Shown here one piece after another: positions 15,371 to 39,779 of a stretch of 64,000 nt of DNA. The stretch is taken from assembly GCF_009914755.1 (NCBI RefSeq), contig NC_060947.1; one strand, 5' to 3'. Source of the DNA: the human T2T-CHM13v2.0 reference genome, Homo sapiens. The translations under genes and the position numbers were made by a program. How positions within the stretch are numbered: the first letter of the stretch is position 1; every line of letters begins with the position of its first letter. The notes below the pieces were generated by a model. The model saw nothing but the letters and a program-made list of their open reading frames with translations, did not search any database and was not told where the DNA came from.

Positions 15371-16184
15371 ACCTCACCCCAATACCTCAACAAACCATCC
15401 TGCAACACAGAAATGGCCCCAAAGCTTCATGTATAATGTAAGTGTGAGCACATGCTCCATCTTCCTACTCCACTTCCAGATGGTTTCTGTGATAGTTATG
15501 CTGCTTGGTTTAGATAACAGTCATCACTTCTCTGGGAGGGAGAAGAAAGGTGGGCCTGGATGACCATTTGTTGAAATCCTACTAGGTGCCATATACTCTG
15601 TGTGGGATTTCTCATTTATCACCACAGAACAGTTTTCTAAGAAAGGCATCATGAGTTCCCTTTTACAGATAAGCAAGGGCAGGCTGACAGAGGCTGAAAA
15701 AGGATTCCAGTGTCACACATCAAATAAGGGACAGTAATGGGGTTCCAGCTTGTACTTTCATAACATTATTTTATGCATTCCCAAGAGGGGTGATATTACC
15801 AGTAAGGGGCTGAAAATAGATTTTTGAAGATAGAGGGATGATAGACTTTGGAATGATTTTTGGTACTACAAAGGTCCATATTACATAACAAGTTAACATT
15901 TCATCTGTGGTATTAAAATTTCATTATCTGGGCAGAAGGTAGTTGATAAGGAAAATATGTCTAAAAATCCTCCTAAGGGAGGTGGTATTGAGAGAAGATT
16001 GAGAAATGTTTTATATACCCAGTGACCTCTCCTACAGATGATTAACCACCAAGACTTAGGGACTAGGCATTTTATACTCCCGCATAGATGCTCACCAAAT
16101 AATCCTGTTGTTGATGACGATAATAGCGGGGGAAGTGAAATCATCCCCCTAGGACCAGGAGACCTTGGTTTGAGGACTATGTGA

Positions 16185-17018
<834 letters not shown>

Positions 17019-17123
17019 TAGAAATTAGGAGAGGTTAAATAAATCAGGGAAACAACTTTGAATGGCTGATCAGTAGCGAAACCCCGAATTACTCTCAAGC
17101 TTTTACTACTGCATCCTGAAGCC

Positions 17124-17360
17124 ACCAGGGCCCTGGTTGCCCTAATCTTTTTTGGCACTGATATTTGAGGCTTCCCAGGCCACTGCTTTTTGTTTGTTTT
17201 TAATAGTGAGCTGTAGTAGTTTTAAATTATAATGTTGAAAATTTGAAAACATTACGAGTGGCATATTTCTTATTCTTGTTGCTCCCATTCGAGACTCTGG
17301 GGACCATAGGGAAACAGTGGCTGTCAGGATAGGATTCAACAGGTTTCCACAGGCGGGAAA
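17124..17360 (+). pseudogene. Candidate decayed defensin-like gene (relic 12)
   Basis: Hydrophobic RALVALIF/..TAFCLFLIVS, then [*]/NITSGI[F]LIL/C..TIGKQ[W]..[G][F]HRR; only one intact motif Cys. Confidence 0.3.
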
Positions 17361-17429
17361 ATGTTGGAAACGCACAGCCCTGTATGTACTACAATTCCAG
17401 TAGACCAACCTTCTACAGTTCTGAAATAT

Positions 17430-18433
17430 GGCAGGTCCTGAAATACTGTCATTTTGTTAAATTTGACAGTGTTATTATAACACTGAACAGGGGAAAAAAT
17501 GGATTTCTGGCCGGGGCTGATATCTGTGTGAAGTTTGCACATTCTCCCCATGTCTGCCTAGGTTTTCTCTGGGTACTCCAGTTTCCTCTCACATCACGAA
17601 GATCTGCACGTTAGGTGAACTGACGTGTCTAAATGGTCCCAGTGTGAGTGAACGTGGGTGTGTGTATGTGCACCCTGTGATGCAATGATATCATGTCCAG
17701 GACTGGTTCCCGTCTTGCACCCTGAGCTTTGAAGATAGGCTCCAGCAACCGGTGACCCTGAATTGGAATAATTGGGTAGATAATTATCTTACTTGTTCTT
17801 ATTAATCTTTCTTAAGTGCAGGTGTATTAGGCAGTTCTCACACTGCTATAAAGAAATACTTGAGGCTGGGTAATTTATAAAGAAAAGAGGTTTCATTGGC
17901 TCACAGTTCTGCAGGCTATACAGGAAGCACGATGGCATCTGCTTCTGGGGAGGCTTCAGGAAGCTTTTACTCATGGTGGAAGGTAAAGCAGGAGCAGGCG
18001 TCTTACATTGCAGGAGCAGGACCAATGGGAAGGGAGGAGGTACTGCGTACTTAAATGACCAGATCTTAGGAGAACTCACTCACTATCACTAGAATAGCAC
18101 CAAGGAGGAAATTTGCTCCCATGATCCAATAACTTCCCACTAGGCCCCACCTCCAACATTGAGGATTACAGTTGGATATGAGATTTGGGCAAGGACATGG
18201 ATCCAAACCATGTCAGTAGGTATAGCTCACATTTATTTCAGTGTTTAATTTTAGAAGTGTTATTATCTTTACTTAAACATTTGGTGATGCTTTTATAAAC
18301 AGATTGTTATAAAAGCAAAACCTTAACTTTTGTTTATATCAGTTAGCTTGTGGTAAAAGGAGTTTCATTATACATCATTTCACTTAAAGTTGCCATTTCC
18401 AAGAACCTATGGACAAAAAGTGAGTATTTACTG
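17430..18433. mobile_element. MER6-like DNA transposon with nested MST-type MaLR LTR (17823-18215)
   Basis: MER6 motif tgtgtgaagtttgcacattctccccatgtctg; MST motif cacactgctataaagaaatacttgaggctggg, flanked by gcagg/gtagg. Confidence 0.8.
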
Positions 18434-18552
18434 TAGTCTCAATTTTCATCCCTATCGTAAACCATTGTCAGAGAGCACTGGAGTATTACAAGAGCCTCTA
18501 GGGTTTGAGTCGTGGAAATAGAACCATTGTCCTCTGATGAGAAGAAAGATAG

Positions 18553-18710
18553 ATGAGGGCTATGTAGAACGTGAGACTGCTTGTGGGTGGGTAATATCTT
18601 ATGGACTGTGGGAATCATTCAGTAGTGGTGGATTTCCCTCTTTGCCTATGATCAAAATCCTTGGTAGAACCATAGAGTTGTGACAACAGAGGCTATGAGT
18701 ATGTCAAGCT
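18553..18710 (+). pseudogene. Weak candidate defensin-like relic (13)
   Basis: MRAM*NVRLLV.., then [S]FSSGGF[P]SLPM[I]KILGRTIEL[*]QQRL*VC[Q] in 6-4-9-6 register; mostly degenerate. Confidence 0.28.
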
Positions 18711-19316
18711 GTTTCCCTCTTCCCTGTCCCTGATTCCTTTTCCCCTTACATCTTTCTCTTCTTCTAAACTCATCCCATGCCAGAGAACTGAAGTGAGCAA
18801 TCTGTAAGGACAGCCATTGTATGTCTAAGTCTATGTGCACATGGTTAACCACTTCCTTAGGAAACATTACTAAAGGAGTGATTGCAGGCTCAAAGGGTCT
18901 GCACTCTTTCAAATACCTTTTCATGTTTATTGACAATGTAATAATACCCAGAAAGGTTTGACAATTGCTATTCTCCGTTGGGATGATTGTTTCCAGTGTT
19001 GAGTCATGGAAAAGCATGGCCTTCCTGAGATTGGCGCACAAAGTGAGTGAACTGACTCTGGTGCAGAAGTGAGGAGTAGACAGGGACTTTACTCAGTATG
19101 AGAGTAACAGCATGGAAGGAAGAGCATAGGACTGGGAGTCAACAGGCCTGGGTTCCAATTCAAATTTTACCAACTGTATGTGAAAACATATCAAGGGCTT
19201 TTCTCTGAAGACACCAGTCATTCCTGTGGGGCAGAGTCCCAGACCAGCATCATATTAGCCAGCCTTGATCCAAATTTCCATCAAACCAATATAGGGCCCC
19301 TGCCATGTAAGAGACA

Positions 19317-19680
19317 GTGAGGGTCCTTACCTCCTGTGTCATTTATACCTGGCCTCCTGAGGGTAGAGAGCTACTCTTACTGAGCGGTGGTTTTTACTTC
19401 CCTCTGCAGAAGGTACTCTTCAGAGCTTCATTTGCCTCCTGGGGGAAATCTCTGAATAATCTCAGAAAAGTCTACAGCCATACCACCCTGAATGCACCCA
19501 ATTTTTGTGTGAACAATCTCACAAAAAAAGAAAACACCCCATGTTCTAGCAGGAGATGAGTAGACTGATACAGAAAGCTGTTAAGCATTTCCAAGTGTGC
19601 TGCCTTGAATCCTTCCTTGCAATTGTTTGATGTGTATCAGATTGGCCTATAGAGCTCCATTATTACTTGCAAGATCTTGT
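19317..19680 (+). pseudogene. Candidate defensin-like relic(s) (14) interrupted by a 5S fragment
   Basis: gtgagggtccttacctcctg reads [M]RVL/YLL; then GTLQSFICLLGEI[S]..PCSSRR, followed by TDTESC*AF/KCAALN[P]..YQIGL[*]SSIITC. A competing minus-strand reading exists. Confidence 0.35.
19470..19510 (+). pseudogene. 5S rRNA 5'-fragment retro-insertion
   Basis: gtctacagccataccaccctgaatgcaccca matches the 5S rRNA 5' end (GTCTACGGCCATACCACCCTGAACGCGCCCG); TSD tgaataatctcagaaaa / tgaacaatctcacaaaa. Confidence 0.85.
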
Positions 19681-20084
19681 GGGCACTTACCTGTACCTTT
19701 CATAACACAAGACCACTGGAAGTGAAGCATGGTAGAAACTCAGTAGACACCTACTGGTTGATGAGTAGATAACAGAGTGGGAAGATGATTAAACCATTAG
19801 TCAGAAATAGGAACACAACACCAATTTCTCTCCTAACTGTTTTGCAGGTTCCACAGAGGAAAAAGCACAGTCTATGAGGGCACTCAGGCCTGGGGTTCAT
19901 TTTGTGTCCTGCCACCTAATGTCACTGGATTTTTAATCATACTTAAAAAGTTTTCTCTGCTTCCAGATTACAGAGGAATTCACTCTTTTTCTTCTAATAC
20001 TTAGATGGCTTCATTTTTACATTTAAATCTGAACAATGTAGAATTTATCTTGATTTAAGATGGAAGAATGAGTTCATTTTTACT

Positions 20085-20986
<902 letters not shown>

Positions 20987-21619
20987 TAGTCTTGCGTTTA
21001 TTCTGCCAGATAACTTTGATAATCAACGAGTCTAAGTTCATAAAAAGAGCTAATGGTATTTTTATTGGAATCTCATTTAATTAATAAATTAATATAGGGA
21101 AATTAACATTTCAATTGTATTGAGTCTCCTTACTCAAGAATATCATGTGTCTTACTTGTTCAAGTCTAATTTTGTGTTTTAAGTATTGGACATTACTTCT
21201 TAAGTTTATGCTAATAATTTCTCTTTCATTATAAATTTGAATTTTTGTTTGTATATTGAAAGTTATTGATTTTTGATGTTGATAGTGTAATCTGCTACTT
21301 TGCTAAATTCTCTTTTTGTTTGTTATAATTTTTCGATTGTTTCTTTGGATTATCCAATGTATAACCATCATATCAGCAAATAAAAAGAATTTTACCCCTT
21401 CCTTTATTTCTAATTGTTTACTCTTGCTAATTGTGTCGGATAATACTTCCCACACAATGCCAAATATGAGAGGAGATAAGTGGGCATTATGTCTTGTTTT
21501 TCTATTAGCAAGAAAGCCTCTAGTGTTTCTCCACTAAGTAAGATGCTGACTTTTTGCCCCAGAGGATTGCGTGTGCATGTTTGTCTGTGTGTATGATCAT
21601 GTTAAGAAAGTATCCAACA

Positions 21620-22400
<781 letters not shown>

Positions 22401-23475
22401 AAAAGGAAAGTATCCACCAACACCCATTTTCTTGAGTTCTTTTAGAGAATGGATGTTGGAAAGATGGCCGAATAGGAACAGCTCCAGTCTACACCTCCCA
22501 GCATGAGCAATGCAGAAGATAAATGATTTCTGTATTTCCAACTGAGGTACCGGGTTCATCTCAATGGGGATTGTCAGACAGTGGGTGCAGGACAGTGGGT
22601 GCAGTGCACCGAGTGTGAGCTGAAGCAGGTTGAGGCATTGCCTCACCTGGGAAGTGCAATGGGTCAGGGAATTCCCTTTCTTAGACAAGGAAAGGGGTGA
22701 CAGATGGCACTTGGAAATTCGGGTCACTCCCACCCTAATACTGCGCTTTTCCAACAGTCTTAGCAAACGGCACACCAGGAGATTATATCCTGCGCATGGC
22801 TTAGAGGGTCCTACGCCCACGGAGCCTTGCTCATTGCTAGCACAGCAGTCTGAGATCAAACTGCAAGGCGGCAGCGAGGCTGGAGGAGGGGCATCCTCCA
22901 TTGCCAAGGCTTGAGTAGGTAAACAAAGCGTCCAGGAAGCTCGAACTGAGTGGAGCCCACCGCAGCTCAAGGAGGCCTGCCTGCCTCTGTAGACTCCACC
23001 TCTGGGGGCAGGGCATAGACAAACACAAGGCAGCAGAAACCTCTGCAGACTTAAATGTCCCTGTCTGACACTTTGGAAACAGTAGTGGTTCTCCCAGCAC
23101 ACAGATGGAGATCTGAGAATGGTCAGACTGCCTCCTCAAGTGGGTCTCTGACCCCTGAGTAGCCTAACTGGGAGGCACCCCCCAGTAGGGGCAGACTGAC
23201 ACCTCACATGGCCGGGTACTCTTCTGAGACAAAACTTCCGGAGGAATGATCAGGTAGCAACATTTGCTGTTCACCAATATCCGCTGTTCTGCAGCCTCCG
23301 CTGCTGATACCCAGGCAATCAGGGTCTGGAGTGGACCTCCGGCAAACTCCAACAGACCTGCAGCTGAGGGCCCTGAATGTTAGAAGGGAAACTAACAAAC
23401 AGAAAGGACATCCACACCAAAACCCCATCTGTACATCACCATCATCAAAGACCAAAGGTAGATAAAACCACAAAG

Positions 23476-24492
23476 ATGGGGAAAAAACAGAGCAGAAAAA
23501 CTGAAAAATCTAAAAATCAGAGCACATCTCCTCCTCCAAAGGAACGCAGCTCCTCACCAGCAATGGAACAAAGCTGGATGGAGAATGACTTTGAGGAATT
23601 GAGAGAAGAAGGCTTCAGATGATCAAACTACTCCGAGCTTAAAGAGGAAGTTTGAACCCATGGCAAAGAAGTTAAAAAACCTGAAAAATGATTAGACGAA
23701 TGGCTAACTATAATAACCAATGCAGAGGAGTCCTTAAAGGACCTGATGGAGCTGAAAACCACGGCACGAGAACTAAGTGATGAATGCACAAGCCTCAGTA
23801 GCTGATTTGATCAACCAGAAGAAAGGGTATCAGTGATGGAAGATCAAATGAATGAAATGAAGCAAGAAGAGAAGTTTAGAGAAAAAAGAATAAAAAGAAA
23901 TGAACAAAGCCTCCAAGAAATATGGGACTATGTGAAAATACCAAATCTACGTCTGATTGGTGTACCTGAAAGTGACAGGGAGAATGGAACCAAGTTGGAA
24001 AACACTCCACAGGATATTATCCAGGAGAACTTCCCCAATCTAGCAAGGCAGGCCAACATTCAAATTCAGGAAATACAGAGGACACCACAAAGATATTCCT
24101 CCAGAAGAGCAACTCCAAGACACATAATTGTCAGATTCACCAAAGTTGAAATGAAGGAAAAAATGTTAAGGGCAACCAGAGAGAAAGATCAGGTTACCCA
24201 CAAAGGGAAGCCCATCAGACTAACAGCTGATCTCTCGGCAGAAATTCTACAAGCCAGAAGAGAGTGGGGCCCAATATTCAACATTCTTAAAGAAAAGAAT
24301 TTTCAACCCAGAATTTCATATCCAGCCAAACTAAGCTTCATAAGTGAAGGAGAAATAAAATACTTTACAGACAAGCAAATGCTGAGAGATTTTGTCACCA
24401 CCAGGCCTTCCCTAAAAGAGCTCCTGAAGGAAGCACTAAACATGGAAAGGAACAACCGGTACCAGCCAATACAAAAACATGCCAAATTGTAA
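23476..24492 (+). pseudogene. L1 ORF1p, disrupted
   Basis: MGKKQSRKT.. start; in-frame stop at 23620-23622 and others; the C-terminal 219 aa are open. Confidence 0.93.
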
Positions 24493-24555
24493 AGACCATC
24501 GAGGCTGGGAAGAAACTGCATCAGCTAACAAGCAAAATAACCACCTAACATCAAA

Positions 24556-28382
<3,827 letters not shown>

Positions 28383-28861
28383 ACAATGAGAACACATGGA
28401 CACAGGAAGGGGAACATCACACACCGGGGCCTGTTGTGGGGTGGGGGAAGTGGGGAGGGATAGCATTAGGAGATATACCTAATGTTAATTGACAAGTTTG
28501 GTGCAGCACACCAACATGGCACATGTATACATATGTAACAAACCTGCACATTGTGCACATGTACCCTAAAACTTAAAGTATAATAATAATAAAAAAGAAT
28601 GGATGTTGGGATGTTATCAAAACCTTTTCTGTATCTATACAAGTGATCATGTATTTTTTCTTTTTTGCTTCATTGATACAATAGGTCATATTATTGGATT
28701 TAATGATATTGAAACACGTTTGCATTCTTGGAATAAGCTCTACAATGCTGTGATCTGGAGGGCAATTTGTGTGTGTGCTGTAGGACTGTGTTTGCTGATA
28801 GTTAAGAAACTCCCTTCGTATTCTTTGTGATTGATCTGTAATTTTAATTTTTGGTGAAATC

Positions 28862-31244
<2,383 letters not shown>

Positions 31245-31922
31245 CCATTTACATTTTTTGATATAATCAGTATATTTGTATGTTTGGGCTGAGTTCTGTT
31301 ATAATGTTTACACATACAAATAAATTCTATATATAATTTGACTAGGACTTTCACTATTGTCTGTTTCAACTGGTCTTACTTTTTTATTGGTATTTAGAAA
31401 AGTTATTACTTTTTTTCTAGTGGTTACCTTGACTCTTTAATATTCTACTTAATATTCTTAATATGGAATGAACACAACTCATGAATGAAGAAATGGACAA
31501 ATGCTACCAACAGGTAAGTCACATGAAACAATATACATACTTATGAAACTTTGAAAGTATGCCAAATTACCGTAACTTAAGAAATGGTAATTAATATCCT
31601 GAGCTATCATGCTGAATGGAAAGGGCAAGTTGCTAGAAAAAATATATTTAATATTATATAAATTTTACAAAAGAATATAGGTATGTGAACATATTTTGTG
31701 TATTACACACACAAACACATGCACACACACGTGCCTCTAAGTAGATGTATATGAAGCTGGAGTACTGAATTCCCCTTCATCATGCCTGACCTCTGTCATC
31801 CGCAATACAGGCATATTAAATACTTACTTCACACCACTCTTGTGAGGAGAAAAGAGAAAATCTGTAGAAAGTCCTATAATGTTTAAAATAAATATATGTT
31901 TAGCATCTCTTGTATTCTCCCT

Positions 31923-32086
31923 TTAACAACATAAATGACTTAAATATGAACATCTCATAGAGATCATACAGATTTGAAGCAGCAGGAAAAGAAACACATA
32001 CATATTTATACAATGGATAAGCTTTGGTGCCCTATTTTTTGTAGGATGAGATACCTGAGGATGGTGGAAGCAAGGAAGGACATCAT
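31923..32086 (-). pseudogene. Decayed beta-defensin-like gene retaining six Cys codons (relic 15)
   Basis: [16 protein letters not shown]../HCIN/VCVSF/CCFKSV*S/RCSYLSHLCC*. Cys codons at 32012, 31998, 31984, 31952, 31931 and 31928; C4-x6-CC is exact. Confidence 0.6.
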
Positions 32087-32294
32087 CCCCTAATTACTTT
32101 TTTGTTTGTACTCTTGTATTTACCACAAACATGACACTCAAAGATCAGACCTGTTAATGTTTGCATCTGCATTACATTCTTCCAGAAGTTTTCTTATGCA
32201 GGTATTTGTATACTTATGCATGCATGTACTTGTATTTATACACAGAAAATAACATCTCATATTACATGTAATTTTGCAACCTCCTATATCACTG

Positions 32295-33230
<936 letters not shown>

Positions 33231-33360
33231 GGCTAAAATTTCTAAATTTTCTTATGCAGAAATGTGCTAATTACTTTTATGTATTTTTTTCTAAATGTGC
33301 TAATTACCTTTATGTATTGATTCATTTAATGGTCACAGTGCCCTTCTGAGATAGACATAA

Positions 33361-33674
<314 letters not shown>

Positions 33675-34204
33675 GCATAATGTTGTTCTTATTCTGTAAA
33701 TGAAAAACCAGAGAGACAGACAAAATAAAGACTTTGCCTAAGAGTGCACAATTAGGGAGTGGAACAGCGTGAATTTGTGTCCAGTACATCATGCTCCAGA
33801 GCCTAAAAAAATGTCAATGACTTGTTGTTAAGAGAAAGAGGCAGCCTGCAAATGCCACTAAAAGTAACATTCAGTATATCAATATCTGTATACAAAATAG
33901 GTGGATCTAGTGACAAAACATAGTCTGTGACGTTGGTGAGAGCAATTTTATTGCAGTTAGAGGTACAGGAGCCATAGTGTCGCTGTAGTGAAAATAAGAA
34001 GTCAGTATGATGTGAAGAATATTAACAGGAATGTAGAAATCACTTTCTGGAACTCTGTCTTTGAAGGGGAAGGGAGAAAGAAAGAAAGTAAGAGAAACAC
34101 TGAGCGAGACACAGACCTGTGACTTAATAGGATGAGAAGTCCGAAAAGGGATTTTAAGAAAATCTTCAATTCTTTTTTAAGAAACAAAATGAAACAAACA
34201 AAAA

Positions 34205-34815
<611 letters not shown>

Positions 34816-35014
34816 AAGTTAATGTGAAAGAACCATCTCATCTCAGATTTAACCCTTGAAGTTGCCCATATATCCATTTCCCTTCTTGCTCTCTTATTTT
34901 CACTTTGGAGCTAATGAGATGCCTCCACAATGGAATAATATGGGTTTTGAGCTCAATACATATTTCATTATTAGTGACTGAAAAAAATGGGCAATTCTGT
35001 ATCAAAGAAATGCT

Positions 35015-35206
35015 AGTAACTCCTGGATGCTTGCCTCTCAAGAAGGCAGTAAGTGGCTGAAATCCTGGTGTGATGTGGCTGCATAAGGCATGACCTGAGG
35101 ACACTGCACTGGTGACTGAGATAGGTCCAGAGTTTTTAAAAAATAAATCTATTAACAAACAAAGCAGTCCAGGAGCAGCTGTTAGGCAAAAACCATGCCT
35201 TGTGTT
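35015..35206 (-). pseudogene. Candidate DEFB1-like relic (16)
   Basis: [M]RHGFCLTAAPGLLCLLI..HQC/VSSGHALCSHITPGFQPLTA[F]LRGK resembles the CVSSG and RGK segments of DEFB1; terminal CC is lost. Confidence 0.38.
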
Positions 35207-35310
35207 CCTGGTGAGATCTATCACTAAGCTCCCCTGATGAGTTCAAAGACACACTTGTCTTCCCTGTGGGAAAATGGATTTGGGTGTGCTCAGAGGCATG
35301 ATGTTGAACA
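35195..35310 (+). pseudogene. Weak candidate defensin-like relic (17)
   Basis: DE[F]KDT/CLPCGK/WIWVCSEA*C[*]. Confidence 0.28.
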
Positions 35311-35389
35311 GCATTTATGAGATTATGAAACATTCAAGAATATAGAGAACATTCTGCCCAACATTTAAGACACTCAAAGACAGTTTTTC

Positions 35390-35770
35390 TTGACTTATGG
35401 ATGTTTGTGTCTTCCCCAAATTCACCTGTTGAAGCTTTAACCCCTGATGTGATGACATTTGAAGATGGGGACCTTGGGAGGTAATTAGGGTTAGATGAGA
35501 TAATTGGTTTGGGGTCTTCATGATGAATTCAGTGCCCTTGTAAGAGAGACATCAGAGAGCTTGCTCTTGCTTGCTCTGTCTGTGATTGCAAAAATGTGAG
35601 CACATAGCATGAGATGGTAGACACCTGTAAGCCAGGAAGAAAGCTCTCACCAGAAAATGACTATACTGGCACCCTGATTTTGGACTTTCATCTTCCAGAA
35701 ATGTGAGAAAATAAATCTCTGCTGTTTAAGCCACACAGTCTATAGCATTTTGTTATGGCAGCCCTAGCTA
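35390..35770 (+). mobile_element. MLT1A-type MaLR LTR
   Basis: atgtttgtgtcttccccaaattca..gctgtttaagccacacagtctatagcattttgttatggcagccc. Confidence 0.75.
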
Positions 35771-36494
35771 CAGTCAACCGTTTCTACTTTGTAGGTCTTA
35801 TAATATTTTGTTGAAAACTAGATGTATTTGCTACTCTGGCCTCTGGCTTCTCCTAATGAAGTTTGCCTTTATTGCTGGATTTGTCATTTCTTTGTTTAGT
35901 ACTATAATACGCCTGGGCTAAAACTGAGAAGTTTGTTTTCTTTGTCCTACACAGCAGATGACATTTTTGTTCATTTGTGTACGCGTGTGTGTATGTGTCT
36001 ACATGAGTTAGTTGTGTGTGTGTTTGTTTGCTCAGTTTTGTTCTTGCATCTATTTATAAGGCTGTCTCATTAGGGATATCCCTTGGTTCTGTGTAGCTTA
36101 AAAGCCAATAAACGATTGGACAGAATTTGCACTCAAACAATTCCTGCAAGTGAGGCTTCTATCTTCTGTCATTGTATCTGTGTGGGGCTAGGGGAGCACA
36201 TTCAGAGTTCTGAGTTTTGTTACATCAAGGTGTCAAACTCTCAGTTAATCTTTCCTAGATCCCCACAAGGGAAATCCCCCAGAGAAAGATTACCTGCATC
36301 AAGGCAGACTTTCTCTACAAATTCAAAGCTCCTTCACAAAAGACAGCTTTTCAGCTATTCTTGTATTTCCAGTTCTTCTGAATAGCCATCTTCAAATACG
36401 TCAAAGTAGTAACATTATGGGGTGAAATATGTTGATTCCCTTCAAGTGGATATCATTGAGATGGCAATTTCCCTGAGTTAATTTATTAATTTAA

Positions 36495-36883
<389 letters not shown>

Positions 36884-37499
36884 TTAGACAAGCTTATTAT
36901 CAACTTTATTTGGCAGTATAAATAGCAAGAATTATCAGACAAACCCTGAAAAAGAAGAGTGGTGGGAAGGGGTGGCAGCTGCTCCTACAAGATACTAAGA
37001 CATACAATAAAGTATACATGCTATAAGAATGTGATATTGTCCCGTAAATAGAAAGACTAATGAAACAGTATAGAAAATACTGACATAGACCGAATTATAT
37101 TTGGAAATTTGGAATATAATTTAGGCAGTAATTCTAATCAGCAGAGAATTGATGAGTGGCTTACAAAATGGTACTGTGATAACTACAAAACTATATGGCT
37201 AAAACGGTATAAAGGGGTCTACTTCTCCATCTTACATCATTATAAATTGTAAGGGGTTCAGATCTAAAAGTTAAAAAATCCATACAAATATTAAAAGGAA
37301 GCATGGGTGACTTACTCAAAAATCTGGAAATAGAAGACACTGACTCAAAATTCAAGAGTATTAAGAAAAAAGTGATAAATTTGACTACACAAATATGGCA
37401 AAGTACATGCTAGCCAATTAAAAAGACACTGAAAAATATTTTCAAATAGTCTCTGACAAAGTGTTGATATCCTTTAAATATAAAAGCTTTTTAATATAA

Positions 37500-37891
<392 letters not shown>

Positions 37892-39148
37892 TCAAACTTG
37901 GTTTTAGTAAGACAGATACAAGTAAAGCTTATATCTGTCTCACTGGTCCCTTGGTCACTGGTTCATTTGGACCAGTGAAACTGATTTTGAACTTCTGGCT
38001 TCCACAACTGTGAGATAATAATTATCTGTTGTTTATAGTAACAAATTCTGTGGTAATTTATTATGGTAGACATAGGAAACTAATATAACCACTATGAAGG
38101 GAAATTTGATAATATCTAACACAATTATTTATGCTCTTACACTTTGAGTAAGAAATCCCATTTCCAGAAACATGTATCTCCTAAAGATATACTGGCAAAG
38201 ACACAAGAAGTTTGCAGATATAGAGACAGATATTCATTGTGGTGGTATATGTATAGAAAAAGAATAGAAACAACTTAAATACCCATCAATTATGTGATGG
38301 ATGAATAAACTGTTCTACAGCCTTACAATGGGTGAACTAAGTAAAGTATAAAGAATAATGATGAAAATCTCTACCTGGGTCTACAGAGGCATCTGCAGGA
38401 GATAATGTTAAGTGAAAAAGTCAATGAACACAAATGTGTGAATAGCATAGTACTTTTTAATCTAATAAAGGGGAAAATGCTAATATGTAAACTTTAATTA
38501 TATTAGAAATAGAAGGAAAATACTTCTGTTTGGGGAACTAGAAGTAGTAGACATGCTTTTCTGTTTTACTCCTGCTCAGTTCATCTAAAATCCCTGGATG
38601 TTATAAGTAAGACAAGAAGACAGCAAAAGTCTGTATCTAGACAAATAACCAGAAATGTATCTAGTAAGAAAAAAAGCTTTTAGTACATAATTAGCATACT
38701 CCAGTGACACATCACAAAATGAAGCACAGCTCTATTCCCAACATGCCAGCAAAGGCTAAATGGGGAGCATAGATTCAACAATCACCTGTCTGTAACCAGT
38801 CTTCCCTCCCCACCTTCTGGGGTGGTATCAGAGAAGGCAACTTGGAGAACCTGAACTTACATCCCCATCTGGCTGTTATAAGATAATAACCCCCTTCCTC
38901 TACTGGAATGGTGCGAGAGAAGCCTTGCAAAAACATACAATTAAAATAAGACCCAGAGACTTATAACATAGTATCCAAAATGTTCTAGATACTACGAAAA
39001 AACATCCTCTTCTATCTAAGTACCAGAAAAATCTGAACCTGAATGAGAAAAGACAATCAACAGATAATAACACTAAGGTGTCACAGATGTTGAAATTATC
39101 AGACAATGATTTTAAATAAGTTATCATAAAAATGTTCTAATTAGTAAA

Positions 39149-39522
39149 TATGGTTGTCCCCCCATATTTGTGGTTTCATTTCCCATGTTTTCAGTTACCC
39201 TCGGTCCACTGTGGTCCAAAAATATTAAATGGAAAATTCCAGAAATAAATAATTCACATTTTAAATGTTGCACTGTTCTGAATAGTGTGATTAAAATCTC
39301 TCAGCATCCCACTCAGTTCTGCCCAGGACATGAATCATCCCTTTGTTCAGCATATCTGTGCTGTATATGCTACCTGCCCATTAGTCACTTAGTAATTGTA
39401 TTGGTTATCAGATTGAAAAAAAACATAATACATATAAGGTTTGGTACTATTTGTGGTTTTGGGTATATGTTCTAAGACTGGGGGTCTTAGAACATATACC
39501 TCATGGATAAGGGGGGATTACT
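39149..39522. mobile_element. MER44/Tigger-family DNA transposon
   Basis: Inverted-end-like termini gtcccccatat.. / ..ggataaggggggattac; aaatattaaatggaaaattccagaaataaa. Confidence 0.7.
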
Positions 39523-39779
39523 TCACACACCTGTTTAAAATAAATGAAAAACCAGAACGTCTCAGCAAATGAATCGAAAGCATAAAGAAGAACCAAATAG
39601 AAATTTCATTTTTTAAATAATTATTTTATTTTATTTTTAAGAGATGGGGAATCTCACTATGTTGCCTAGGCTGGGCTCAAACTCCTGGGTTCAAGGGATT
39701 CTCCTGTCTCCACCTCCCAAGTACCTGGAACTACAGGTACATGCCACCACAGCCAGCTTGGAAATTTTAGAACTGAAAC

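Noticed and set aside
15329-15430. Two-exon defensin model (58-nt MKLWGHF.. exon with gtgaga donor), and similar models at 19317 and 43231
   Set aside because: The implied introns are only 44-50 nt, below the usual minimum, and the supposed acceptor tracts translate as signal peptides. The intronless model is simpler.
17388-17401. ZNF143-associated motif actacaattccag
   Set aside because: Partial match with no CpG island or other promoter features.
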